Shown here: positions 25,716 to 39,219 of the stretch, piece after piece
Layout: each line of letters opens with the position of its first letter
Numbering within the stretch: position 1 is the first letter of the stretch
Source of the DNA: Lingula anatina
Taxonomy: Eukaryota; Animalia; Brachiopoda
DNA length: 64,000 bases
Reading direction: 5' to 3'
Assembly (NCBI GenBank): GCA_051362555.1
Contig: CM120640.1
Location: 48,152,788 to 48,216,787, forward strand
Made by a program: the position numbers and the translations under genes
The notes under the pieces: generated by a model
What the model saw: only the letters and a program-made list of their open reading frames with translations
Database searches by the model: none
What the model was told of the DNA's origin: nothing

Positions 25716-27026
25716 GATATGGGCATTTTTACAAACCTGGGCTCCTTTTTTTCCCACCAAGGGTCAAAAATAGAAGTCATTTTTGTGTTGAAATGTGTAC
25801 TTTTCTTGAAAGTATAGACCTGAAGGGTATAAGAAATGACAATCCCGAGATAAAACCTTGTGTATGTATAAAGATATGATTATTTGAATTTTGAAAATCA
25901 TTTTTTTAATTTTCATAAGCTAAACCTTGAAGTGTTTGACTTTTATGGTAATTTAAGGTATTGATCTCCAAAAAACCACTTAGTTTTACTCAGAGAGTAT
26001 TGCTCTTTTATGTATTTGCAAAAAAAATGGATGAAAATATCCAAAATTTGACGAATCAATGACATTTTATAATTTTCCTGTTTCAGTATTAAATGTGACT
26101 CCATGAAGTTTTTGATTCTGAGATATTCTGAGGACTTCTGTACTTCACTTTACCTTGCATTAGTTCTTTATGTTATGCTTCATGATTGTGTAAAATATTA
26201 TTTTGCACGGACATGTGTGCTAATTGCAGTGTCATGTTAAAATAAATGTCCTCTCCGAAACATCCCTGTTTCGGAAAGGACATTTTTTTAAACATTTATG
26301 ATATTGTTTTAATATATTGTAGTATTTGAGTTTTTATAAGTTTTAGGTGAAGTCTATGAATTACTGGGCAAAATAGGTGGAAGCTGAACTAAAATTGAAG
26401 TCTTTTTATTACATTTTGAGCTTGTTTTGTCTATTTTGTACTAGTAATTCATTACTGGAATTTTATTTTATTAAATATTGATTCTGAGATATATTCCAGG
26501 TATTCTTTATGCCATTATACCTTATTCCAGTTTCTTTTGTTACAGTGCATAGCTGTATAAAATATTATTTGACAATGTCAGATTTACCAACAGTAAAGAC
26601 ATGTTAAAAAATATGTCCTTTTAGACATGTCCTTGTTTCGGAATGGACATTTGTTTAACATTTATGAAATTGCCTTAAGATCTCATAGTATGTTGGTTTA
26701 CAAGGTACAGGTGAAGCAATCATTAGACAAAATATGAGTAAACTAGATTAAAACTGAACTGTTTTTATCACATTAATTAGTCATTTTGGATAGTTTTTGA
26801 TTCTTTTTTGAAATGTTACTCCCTTAGTATTTGATCATGATATAAAATAGAGTCTTCTACACTCCATTATACCCTATTCTACTTCCTTTTGTTACAGCTC
26901 ATAGCTGTATAAAATATTATTTGACAAGGTCAGGTTTAAATTTAGTAATTACATTTTTAAATATGTCCTTTTAGGCATGTCCTGTGTTTCGGAATGGACA
27001 TTTATTTAACATTAACGAAATTGCTT

Positions 27027-27077
<51 letters not shown>

Positions 27078-28504
27078 TGATGTATGTATATATTATAGAT
27101 AATCACAGGAAGTTAATTATAACCCTGTGTCTGCCTGCAAGCGCCTCTGTAAACCGTGCCAGTGAACTGACTCTTGCAACTTTAACATGTGTAGCTTCAT
27201 AACTATTTTCGAATACTTTTTTGTACATCATAAGTAAGCAATATTTAAAGTAAGGTAAGCTATATTATTCAAAATTATATTCTACATAAATTTGATGTGC
27301 TTCCCATCATCCTCTTCCTCATGAATAATAAATAGATGAGCAGACCAAAGAGTAAACAAGTGTTTTAGACAATGTGTTAAAAAATGTCCTTTCCGATACA
27401 AAGCATCCAAATTGCCTATATTTCTATTTATACTGATATAATCTCTTCAATTAATTGTTAATTTAACTTTGAAATACATGAACTTTGGGAAAATATGCAA
27501 TGGAAGTTCTAGTAGATCCAAAGAAAAGATCCTGACTTGCAAAAATGAATTTTTTTGTTGAGGATATATATAGAAATTAAAAAATATGCCATTGAAGAAA
27601 TGTTTTTCTATTATTTTCATGTCGTATGCATGATGCTCTAACAGTAATTTGCTCATGTCAAGTGAAACATACAGCATTAAAGACAGAATTCTCTCTATTT
27701 ATAACATTGGCAATGTAAAGGTACTTTGTTTCGGAATGGACAATTTTTAACAAGCATCTCAAAAAAGACCACAGTTAAATGGGTTTCTGTGCACTGTGGT
27801 TTTCTTATATAAAAATAAATATCACATGTCCTGGGCTTTAGAGAAATATATATTGTTACTGGCTAGGTGTCAACATGTTCTTTTTATGTAAGAGAAACCC
27901 AATGTTTCGGAATGGACAAATTTAACAGAAAAACACGGTAGGGTTATTTTGCACTCCATGTCAAGCTCCAGAATCATTGTGCAGATTTCATTATTTGATA
28001 CAAACAATACCAATACATCCAAATAATGATTAGGATGGTAAATTATACTGTATGTTTTATGATATATTTTCTGAAAGTCATTTATTTTTGTTTCGGAATG
28101 GACATTTCGTTTAACGGAAATACCAGCATGCCATTAAAAGGCTTTTTTTCACTAGGATACACCTCTCTCCTGTTAATATTTAAACTTTTTTGCTTCCACC
28201 ATACTACTGAGTGTTTTATAATCCAAAAAAATGCAATGTCAAACACTGTTTTAATTTATTTCAGATTGCTTTTTATTTCATATGACTAAAACGGGAAAAA
28301 TTTTTGGTCATTTTTCGGGCTTTGCTTTAGCATAACTTTGGACTCGGTGGTGATATTTGGTTTCTATTTTCAGTGTTTATCTTCACTTACACCATTCTCT
28401 AAGATAGTGATAAAAGAATTCTTTGATCGTATGTATGTAATTTGTTAATTAGCAATATGTGGGAAAATCTGAAAAGTGTCCAGGATTGTAAAAATGCCCA
28501 TATC
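25716..28504. mobile_element. Non-autonomous DNA transposon (about 2.8 kb) with 25-bp TIRs and internal repeated motifs
   Basis: GATATGGGCATTTTTACAAACCTGG ... CCAGGATTGTAAAAATGCCCATATC. Motif GTTTCGGAATGGACATTT repeated 6 or more times. No transposase ORF. Confidence 0.8.
27031..27075. repeat. (TA)n microsatellite
   Basis: Direct observation. Confidence 0.95.
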
Positions 28505-29553
28505 AGTCTGTAGTCTAGAACAAGCACCTCGTTGACGAGTGAACAGTTGTCAAAAACAAAAGACCCAGGTGTGGTAGATCGACTACTGTTCGCGCGTGCC
28601 GCAAAGACCAAGCCTAATAACATCAATTCATTTTATATTTCACATAATCTGTTTTTATTATTTCTTCTAAGCATTTAATCATAAAATCTCCCATCATTAT
28701 ACATTATTGTGTAATAACATTTAAAGTTTCCAAGTTTTTATTAACAGGTTGATGCTAACGTATTACAAATAAATATAAGCATCAAAGCATATTTCCTTAC
28801 TCAAATGTAGCAAACGTACCACTACACTGGCAAAATACCGGTAATGATACAGGTAAAGATGACAGCATTGATAACTGGGTTTACAGCGATGTTAGTGCAG
28901 CATGATTAGTGTCAGATTGTTATCTGATAAAGTTTGCTACTAGTACCTAGGAACAAAACAAAGTCTGGCACTTGACAATCAAGTTGATAAAATCACAAAA
29001 CGCCTGTAGAAAATAGTGCATACCTGCCCAACATTGATTTGTTCAGATTCTTGACTAAGGGGTGCGTTACTGGTGTCAAGGGCCAAGACTTGAACTTAGG
29101 GGTTTGGCATGTCACTGGACATTCCTCTCGATTTCTGCCCAAATCTAATAAAGCCTCAGTTGCTTAACTTTTGCCAAATTTCCAATATCTACAGGTCGTG
29201 TTGTTTAATGCTTGCGGTCTCTTCTCTGGCGGCGGTTAATTGGGGACACCTGTGCGGCCTGTCAACGCACCAAGACCCACTTTTGCCAGTGCCACATTTT
29301 CCATTGCCGTAAATATCAAATTTGTGAATAGAATGAGGAATAATGACAGTTATGAAAAAATGTTTGGAAGTACCTGTCACCTTCGCCACAGTATCCATAT
29401 GGGCTGTGCTGCCCCCCTACCACAGGCGACACCTTGCGGAGCAAGCGTGCGTAATCCAGGGTGCAACTGAAAATAACCTTGTCGCGCGACCTTATTGCCC
29501 CTCAAGGTCACAAACTAATATCCGGTGCTGACGGTTAGGCTCGTCATAATCAT

Positions 29554-31181
29554 ATCAGTCCCTTACTGTTTAACATTTTTATTAGGGACATTCCCGACCT
29601 GTTCAGCAACAATGAAAAATACAACCCTGTTCACCTTAGGGATAAACCTCTTAGTTGTTTAATGTACGCGGATGACCTCGCACTAGTATCAGAGAGCCCG
29701 GATGGACTTCAGGCTGCCCTCAATAGTTTGGCGGAATACTGTAAAACCTGGAAGCTGATAGTAAATGTCCAAAAAACAAAAATTATGATTTTTAACAAAC
29801 CTGGCCGCTTACTGAATAACCTAACCTTCTTTCTAGGAGCCGAAAAAATAGAAATATGCTCAGAATATTGCTACTTGGGTTTGGTATTCACACCTTCAGG
29901 AAAATTCAATAAAGCGATGGAAGTACTGAAAGTCAAAGCACAAAAAGCATTTTTTAAAATCCGCCACCAGCTGTTTTCTAGCCCAGCGTCAATTGCCCGT
30001 AAACTTTTTTCCACGCTTATACTCCCTATACTTAGCTACGGCTGTGAAATATGGGCCCCTTTAATCCTTAAGTCTAGCATGAATAACCTCCTGGAAAGGT
30101 GTGACAGACCACCGGCTGAAGAAGTCCACGTTAAAGCCTGTAAAACAATACTGGGGGTCCACAGGAAGGCATCTAATCTAGCAACCAGAGGCGAATTAGG
30201 AAGCTATCCAGTGTTAATTCATATGCTTGCCCTGGCAACAAAATACTGGTTTCACCTCAATAAGCTTAACTTTATGGGTAAAGAATCCCTGGCCACCTTA
30301 GCCCTCGACACAGACAGATTTGAAAGTAAAGGTGGTGCCTGGTCCCTTGGCATAAAGCAAATACTCCAAATTAGTGGTGAAGTCGAGTGTTGGGATAGAC
30401 CATTAGCCAAACCGATTAATGTCTCAACAAAAAATATCCGGGCCTCTCTCGAGAAAGTGTATGACCTGCAATGGGGGGAGGCAATTAAGGAAAGTAGCAA
30501 ACTTAGAACATATACAAAATTTAAGAAGGATTTTAAGACCGAAAATTATGTTCTGACCTTTGATAAAGCACGGAGGGCTACATTCTGCAAACTAAGAATC
30601 AGCGCTCACTCACTCCATATTGAGAAGGGGAGGTACAGTAAACCCCCAACCCCGCCCCATCTAAGATTATGTCAAGTCTGTAATTCCGGAGAGGTTGAAG
30701 ATGAAGTACATTTTATTCTGAAATGCGAGGCCTATAAGGAACTACGGGCAGCTTTCTACGAAAATATAAGTTTCCTATGTAATACTAATGCCCTCTCTCC
30801 CCCGGATATGTTTATACACATCATGAATACAAAAGAAATGGATGTGATTACGCCCCTCCTCATATTCGTACAGAAATGCATGGAGAAGAGAGTAAGTCTT
30901 TCTGCGCATGTCCAAACCAGATCATAGTACCAGTGTGAGACCCGTTATGCGCTGTCAGCAGAGACTGGGCGTGTAGATCAAACCTGGTAAATTGATTATG
31001 GAATGCGACATTCGTATACATGTGTACAGTCACTGATTTCAACAATTGCTAATCTATATGTGTATATATATATATTTATTTATCTATTTATTTGTCTGTT
31101 CTATGTTCTAGCCACTAGTATCGTATTGTAATTGATTGTACCTTTATGTGAAGGTGTTTGTCAATAAAGAATCTGAATCTG
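29554..31181 (+). mobile_element. 5'-truncated non-LTR retrotransposon (RTE-X-like LINE), ORF2 C-terminal part intact
   Basis: Open frame from ISPLLFNIFI through YADD, YLG and SYGCEIW to KLRISAHSLHIEKGRY...LCQVC...EDEVHFILKC (stop at 30927). 3' UTR ends AATAAA GAATCT GAATCT. Clade assignment is from motif recall. Confidence 0.85.
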
Positions 31182-32089
31182 TATAAGTAGCGCGTTTCCA
31201 CCCCCTGACCAAATGGCACTGTTCGCCCTCTAAAATACCAGTTTTTTTTTTCGGTGCCCTTAAAAGCGGGCATCGAGACCCACGCCACGGGAAAATGAGG
31301 GGTAAAATGACTTACCCGCTCCTTACACTGTTGGTCTTGTGTAAATGTACTCTTCCAGCCGTGTCACGGCGCAGAGTTGCGCAATGAGTGTCACCAGCAC
31401 ACGAACGAAACGGAGTGCCTCGATATGAAACCAGACAACTTTTGTGTTTTTAATCTCCAAATACTTTAAAAAATCAATTAAGTTAATAAAAAGGCCGGGA
31501 ACAAGAACTTCTTAAATCGTGCATTTTATATTAATGATTATTAAAGATCATAATAATAAAAGAGTCGCATTTCGATTTACTCCATGCTATGGTCTGTATT
31601 GAAAAATAGCAATTTTTACGAGATTACAAATTGCATCGTATTGTTTGGTTCCATTGCCTCGCTTTCAAAAATTAGAACTGGCGCTGCAAAACCGGGAGAC
31701 AAGTTAAAAAATTTATATTGGCCGAGTTCGCCCTGGAACAAGAATGCCCTCGCAGCATTATCTGCAATCAACCTTCCTACGATTTTAAATACATTTTGCA
31801 ATGTCATTTTCAATCTGGCACATGGCGCATTTTATGTATCAAGAGTGGGGGAGGGGTGAAAAATCCCAATTGGGGCCACATATAATACAATGGGAATCCA
31901 CTTGTAATGAAGCTAAAATAAATGTTATTCTAAGGAATTCCGATGGATTTACTTTTTAAAACACAAAATCAATAAAACATTTCTAATTTAAAATTTCAAA
32001 AAGACACCAGAGAGCAAATGAAATAAAATCAACCAGACGGTAACCACCGGCAGGCTTTGTCAATTTCACCAACTTGTTTATTTCAAACA

Positions 32090-32115
32090 GCGCACTTTTC
32101 GTGCATGCGCAGTTG
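32090..32115. promoter_or_regulatory. Putative RFWD3 promoter element (NRF1-like TGCATGCGCA)
   Basis: Motif at 32102-32111 in a CpG-richer patch about 1 kb upstream of the RFWD3 ATG exon. Confidence 0.4.
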
Positions 32116-33183
32116 TTTGAAGCCTGTTGAGTGTCACCTCTTTTCAAGAATAACACACGCCATCTATCGTTCAAATTGTGTGAAAGACAAGCGGGAATCG
32201 TTGACCAGCAGTGGCATGATTTTCAGTATAAAATTGGAGTAAATTTGTATGTAGCCTTTAATTGCGTATTAAAAACTTTTAGATATGAAGCTATATGTGT
32301 TTTGGACCGATTACCAGTTTGATGTTTTGGCGATCTCTTTTTTTGCTAGCGATACATAATTTTAACAGAGGCAAGATCGAGAGATCTCACTGTCGATGAT
32401 GTGCCTGTACTTGATTTGATTGTTAAATGTTATCCTGGTACACCAAATAATAATCCTGTAGCACGTGCTCTAATTGAATTTTAGAATATATTGCTTTACA
32501 CTACTAGGGAATGGTAATTTAAAGTTAATATTATCAAAAACAAATGGTGGTTAATTGCCGACATACAGTAGTCCCTTACAGCCAACCACCCTCTTATATA
32601 ATTACCTGAACTGATGCTGCTGCGGATGGCGTCATGTATTTAGGAGATTTATCAGCTTGTTAACTTGTTGGTACTGAAAACTATATGAGAATCTACTCCT
32701 GATAGAACCCTGAACCTGTGTGTGATGTGTGGGTGTACAGTAGCACAAAAATTCATGCTTTATTACTTAAGAGCACTACTGTTTACAGCTTGTAACATGA
32801 TATATGTACAGTTTCATTAGCTATGAGTTTGAAATGACCTATATTTTCTATAACTATTGATAAAAATATTATTGATTAATATATGTACATACCATAAATA
32901 GGAATATACACAGATTTTCATGCTAGTGTGGGTGATCTAATTTGATTGGTACATAGATTTGTTCCCCTTCATACTGTTTGTGGAATACACTCAATGTTTA
33001 TCCACAGCTCAACTGATAAATTATCGTGTATTATTCTGTTATTTCAGGTCTGATAATATAATCTATTGCATGCACAGAAAAGGAATGACAACAATGAGAT
33101 CGGTTAAGTTAAATGCTGGTTGAAGTCTAGATGTAAAGATGTCAAGACAGTTTATATGGACATAGAGGAAACGGTTGCTTACC

Positions 33184-36100
33184 ATGGCACAGGCAGATTC
33201 AGAAAGTGATGGCCAGAGTATGTTATTAGTCATACCACCACCACCCGGAAGTGGACAGCAAAATGATATTGGTGACTTTTCTCTCCAACCGGTACGTTAT
33301 GCATTTTTATATAATAGCTTGTCTAAGGTTGAAAAAAAAGTTCTCCACTTTTATCTACTTTTTTTCATATGATTGGATGGATTTAGAAGTTTAAGTGTTG
33401 TGATGCTCAGAATATAAATTTCAAAATATACTCCTGAAGTTAGAAATAAACTTAGATTATGCCTTATATATATTACACATGGTGAGTGTTTATTGCATTG
33501 TATATTACACCTTTATCAATTTTTCGTTCAAGGTATCATATAATGTGCCAATTCTGTTTTTCAGTTTTTCCTATTGTATTTATGAAAATCCAGTAAATAT
33601 AAGCCTGCTGGCTTTCTACTGATGATGACAGTGAAAATATAGCCTAATTTTTTAATTACTTTTATTTTTAAAAATGTTATGAACACTTTGACTCTCTGCA
33701 GGGAACACATGACTTAGAGCAGGGAATTCAGTTTGTCCCAATTGAAGAAGACACTGATTCTGATGTCACTGTCACTGATAGTGAAGAGGATAATGAAGTG
33801 GTTATTACCAGTGTGACGGGAAATGCCACAGAGGTAGGACATGTTAAGATATTGTTTATTTTGTGCCTGTTCACTTGACAAATGTAAGTGAAATCTCTAT
33901 GCTCTACCAGTCTTGCTGAAATGTAACTCATGACAAAGTATATCAGTATTTCATTTAGCTTCTAACATTATTTTCTAGACAAATGGTGGTGAATCTGATA
34001 CATCTGAAGTGGTTGTTGTTGAAGAAGTAGAAGATATGGCAGTAGTAGAAGTTTCCCCACATGCAAATACGTCAATGACGGATTTCAAAAGCCCAAAAAA
34101 GGTTTCTGCCTCAGCTGCTGGTAGCATGGCCAGTGTCAACCCTGGGACATCGACAGCTGAGGAGGAGGATGGCGATTCAGAGGTATTGTATTTTTTCAAA
34201 ACTTAAAAATAATTATTTCCAAATATTGCCACTTTAAATTGTATACACATTGCTCCGATATAAAATCCAGTGCTAAGGCCATCAGTAACAATTCACTTAT
34301 TGCAGCATGGCAGCAGAAGATTGGGATCGATATTTCAGTTTTGTTAAACAGATATTTGTGTTCTGTATCCAAATGCAGTCATATACAAAGAAAAAGATAA
34401 TCTTCTGCAAGGAAAGAAAACTGTATTTGAGTAAGAAAAAGATTTGTTTTTATTTCCAGTGCTGCCCAATATGTTTAGAAGAATGGACTACATCTGGAGA
34501 TCATCGGCTAGCTTCTCTTAAATGTGGTCATTTATTTGGGCACAGGTAGGCTGTTTAAATATTTAAAAACCTATATAGTGAGATTTTGTTTGTAAACTGA
34601 AGTATTTCTTACCTAGGAAATCTGTAGCCTGAAAAATTTTAAGTTCTCAATGTGTTTGAATTTTATAAGTCTTTAGATTTTTTTATCTATATTTATATTT
34701 TGTTTCGTTATTTGTTTGTATTCTCATATATATCTTTTTAAATACATGAATAGTTGCATAGACAAATGGTTGAAGGGACAGGGAGGTAAATGTCCACAGT
34801 GCAATGCTAAAGCTAAGAAGGCTGACATCCGGATTATTTATGCAAGGGCACTAAAGGTAGGGAATTAAGTTATGTATTTAATTTGTTGTTCTCTTTTCTC
34901 TACATTTTTTAATTTGAATTAATCAGTGTGTCTGAGAGATAGAGAGAGAGATTAATACAACATTGTACTACTAAAAACAAGAAAAAAAGCTATATAAGTT
35001 TTTACATCAGTAATAGTGATATATTTAAAATGAAATTAAAATACAATTAGAAATTGAACAATTGACGGTAAGAAATAATTAGTAAATAGTAATTACATGT
35101 ATTAGAATTGATGCAGCTTTCATACAGTTGATCAAGCAGGTCATTTTCATTATCCAAGGCTGTTGACACATCAGACAGAGACCGTGCCCTTAAAGAGTTG
35201 GAGTTGGAAAAAGAGGCTAGAAGAAAAGCAGAGTTAAGTGCTGCACAGATGAAGATGCAGTATCAGAATACAATAGCAGAGTGCAATAGAATGCGTGAAG
35301 AGATAGAGAGACAGAGGCAGCAACTTCAGTCAATCAGGTGATTTAATGCATTTGTTTATTTGTTCATTCTACAGTTATTTCACACTTCATTTGAACCTAT
35401 TTGATGTATTTATATTTTCTTTGGTAACACCTGATGATGCTATTCAGTTTGAATGAAAAAGTTAAGTTTGCACATATATGTTTATTTAATAATTTGTTGC
35501 AGGACATTACAGCCACAGGCAAACCACAACATTTCAAGTTCACAAGGACAGTCAAGTCAGAACAATGGCATGTTTGTACTGGAGAAAACTATCAAAATAT
35601 GGGAGGTTTGTGTTAAACCACAGCAGGCCTGCTCTGATAACTGTGTACTGACTGCACCAGTTGCAAGTGTAGGCTAGAGGAAACTAGACACTGTAACTAT
35701 TATTCTGTCTTGTGCCATTTCTAGATGTCATATCACCCCCTTACTAGATGTGCTCTCTATAGATTATTGTGTCTGTTGCCATTTCTAGATGTCATACATG
35801 TATCAGCCTCTTACTAAATGTGTTCTCTATTCATTACTGAGTGTCTGTACCCATTTACAGGCACATTACACATAGTATTGGGTGCTTTCTGTACCTATTA
35901 CTGGGTGTCTGTGCCCATTTTTTAGTCACAGTATATTCATTTTTAGGTGCTCTCTGTACCCATTTCTGTGTCTGTACCTGTACCGATGTCATGTCAAAGT
36001 ATAAACCAGTGCAGTGTTTGTGATGCTGCAGTGTGTGATTTGGGGTGTAGAAGTAATTTTCTATTCATTTTAGGCTGGTGGTTGCAGAGTCATGGCCCAC

Positions 36101-39100
36101 TGTGACAGTCAAGGCATTCTAGTGGTATCCCAGCCCACAGCTAGTCCTCTTTTTCCTGGGTTTGGGATAAAAAAGGTAATAAATATTTTTTTGTTCTCCG
36201 AACATAAGGCCTTAAACAAACCAAAATAAATTAGTTCATTTAATTTTTCTTTTCTGTGAAAAATTGCTTTGCCTATCATTTATTAAAACAAGTTTTACTA
36301 TGTTTGTGATCAAAAGAGTGATTTAGTTTAAATTATTTTTCAGGCTGGATATCTACTATCATTTTAGAAAAAAATCAGTGTTTGGTAACTTTTTATATTG
36401 TATAACATTACGTAATTTCAGATAAGCACTTTTGACTTGAAAACATCCCAGTATGTGGCAATACACAACAAAGCTATCCGCGATGTATCATTCAAGCCCC
36501 AGTCACGAGATAGCTTACTGCTGAGTTGTTCTGTGGACAAGACTGTAAAGATGACCAGTTTAATCAGCAACACTGTTGTACAGACGTAAGAAGGAAAAAT
36601 TTTTTGAATTCTGAGTGTTATGCCTCAAAAGTCTGAATAATAAGAAAATAAAGATCAAGTGTTTCTGTTCTTTCTTTCTTAATTATTATATTTATTTACT
36701 ATTATTTATTATTCATTATTTATTTATTTATTTATTTTTGCAAAGATATATAGATATATACAGCCTGTTCTAGGTTGAAAGGTAGTTGATGGATACATGC
36801 AAGTAATAGAGTACATTGACAACATTACATTGTACATTGGCAGTATTGTTCATTGGCAATATTAATAACACTAAAATGTTGATAATTAAATACATAATAA
36901 TTTTTTCTTTCACTGTAAGCAGGTGCTAGTGGCACATTTGGCCACTTTTTTTATACGCTCACTTTTGTATTTTTCTATTCAGGTACACTTCTCCAGCACC
37001 ATTCTGGAGCTGCGTATGGAGCCAGGATCCATATTATTTCTTTGCTGGCAAACAGAATGGCTCTGTGGTCATGTTTGATATTCGCAAAAGCACTGAACAG
37101 CTTGAAAATTTCAATTTAAATGGATCAAGGTCACCTGTGGTGTCATTGCAATATGTTCCCACGGATTCAAACTCCTCATTCAGGTTTGTTGTGAAATTCT
37201 AAATTTCATCATAATCCACAATGTAGAAAAACAGTTCTTTGCAAGGGAACTAGTGCTTGATGCTGGTTTCTCTAATGATGTCTTATATTTCATATAATAT
37301 ATAATGTGTCAATTGAAATAGAATACAATCGATAATAATGACATCCTTAGCAAAAAGTTTGCGGCATTATTGCTGATAACTAAAGGTTTGTGGGAATGGG
37401 TTTGCAAGGAAAATTTTATTGCTGCTAATTTGCAGCAAATTCGCTGCAAATTTGCATCAGGCCTGATATTTTGCTAAGGGCAGTCCTAGATATGTGTAAA
37501 TGAAAAGTAAAACAAGTAAGTTCTCTAATACATCATGAGTCTGTTTTGTATTAATTTTCTGTTAAGTTTATTTCCATACCTGGCATTGTCATGCTTTTAT
37601 GATTTCAGCCTGGGTGGCCTGCTAGTAGGGCAACTGGATAAGACATTCTTTTATGAGAAGAGAGAGGGCACAGATTTCAAACTGCATGTGATGCCAGTAG
37701 AAGGTCAATCTTTATGAGAAAAAAATAGTCTATTAGTGCACAATATTAGTTGAAATAATTATATTTCTTGAATTTTTTTGCTGAAGATTGATATAAGTGT
37801 TTTCATTATTTAGGTTTCTGAATTTATATGTTGTAAGGTAACTTTATTGCTCTGAGCATTTTCTAAAACATCTTTGACAAATGATTTTCAGGTAGTTTAA
37901 CGTGTTTAACATTTGAGCCTTGTACTCGCCATGTTCTGGTCAGTCTCCGGCCCACTAGCAAACATCCTTCAGTGAGACACCAGGTAAGAGACACAATAAA
38001 ACAGGTTGTCTTTTTTAGGCACATGCTATGTACATTTTCAAAGAAGACATCTAGAATATGAGGGAAATAAAAAAATCACACATATTTAATTATCATATAT
38101 TTGTATTGTAAAACATGTTATGAAAACACTACCCATTAGTATAGCTTTACGGTAATGTTAAACTAAGTCATTTATATGTGAATAAAAATTAGAAATTGAT
38201 TGAAAGTAGACACTTGACACTTCATGTTGTATTCGAGAATGTTCATTGAAAATGGTCCAGGATACATCAGTATTGGTGGACTTCAATTATTTATCTTTTT
38301 TATATTGAGATCAGAAATGAAACTCTACTTTCATCAAGAATTAATGTAGATGGTAATGTAGTACTTGCCTCTTCACCTGCAATGATGAATTGGCTGTGAT
38401 CATATGCCTTCTTCCATTTACAATATATTCTAAAATTTGAGATAATTTTAAAATAATGGCATTTTCCCCATCATATTCATAGATGTACGAGCTGACCACA
38501 ACCAATATAAGTCAGGACCCCAGCCAGATAGACAATGTATGCAGTGGGAACCTGGTCCAGACCTTCCATGGAGGGAATACTATGAAGATGCTGGCCAGAG
38601 GGAGGTTGTTTCCACACCCTGGCAGAAAGGGGAAGCTACTGGCTTGTGTGGGTGATGAGGGGACAGTCTCTGTAAGTAGACCACTTAGGATGCGAGTTAA
38701 TTAATAGGAAGTGCTTTCTCATTGTGAACACTGCATGAGGCCGGGTTGAGCTGTGCTTTAATAATGTTTTAACATCTCATTTGGTGGACTTTTAGGAGAA
38801 AAGTAGCATTGTTGATTTTGCATAGAAGGTTTCTGACACGGTAATTGTTAAAGTTTAAGCCCAGTTAAGGACAAAATTAGTTTTACTTATAAGAAATGGA
38901 TTTTTTTACCTGGAGTTTGCTTATATGCTCTTAAAAGTTGTTGTACTGAAGTCTCAGTACCTATACATCAGTTTTTACTGATTCGAATTTGTACTCTGGA
39001 AACCTACAGTAGGGTAATGTAAATTTAATTACCTAATTTTGGTTAAATCATTTTCTTTTTTGCTTACAGGCTCAAGTGTGGGATGCAGGCACAGGTTTGG

Positions 39101-39219
39101 TCACCCAAAAACTCCCCTCTACTGGACCTGTTCTAGATGTATGCACTTTCATGGCAAATGGACAACAATATCTGGCTACGCTCACAGAAAAACTGATCAA
39201 AGTTCATAAGTGGAGCTAG
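33184..39219 (+). CDS. RFWD3: E3 ubiquitin-protein ligase RFWD3 (RING, coiled coil, WD40)
   Basis: 14 coding exons (about 33184-33291, 33702-33832, 33979-34181, 34460-34545, 34754-34855, 35159-35337, 35503-35605, 36074-36175, 36422-36585, 36983-37183, 37609-37703, 37892-37983, 38483-38671, 39070-39219). [50 protein letters not shown]; AVDT coiled coil; GCRVM..VSQP..PGFGIKK; IHNKAIRD; WSC.W; LATLTEK..VHKWS*. Confidence 0.93.
35700..36000. repeat. Degenerate intronic minisatellite (TGTCTGTRCCCATTT-like units)
   Basis: Recurrent TGTCTGT(A/G)CCCATTT and GTGCTCTCT motifs in an RFWD3 intron. Confidence 0.5.

Larger units (their letters stand above)
20838..31390. repeat. Segmental duplication, copy 2
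   Basis: See copy 1. Starts abruptly inside the HINE-like element, lacks the equivalent of 10570-15713, and carries a 5.6-kb insertion at 25587-31207. Confidence 0.85.
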
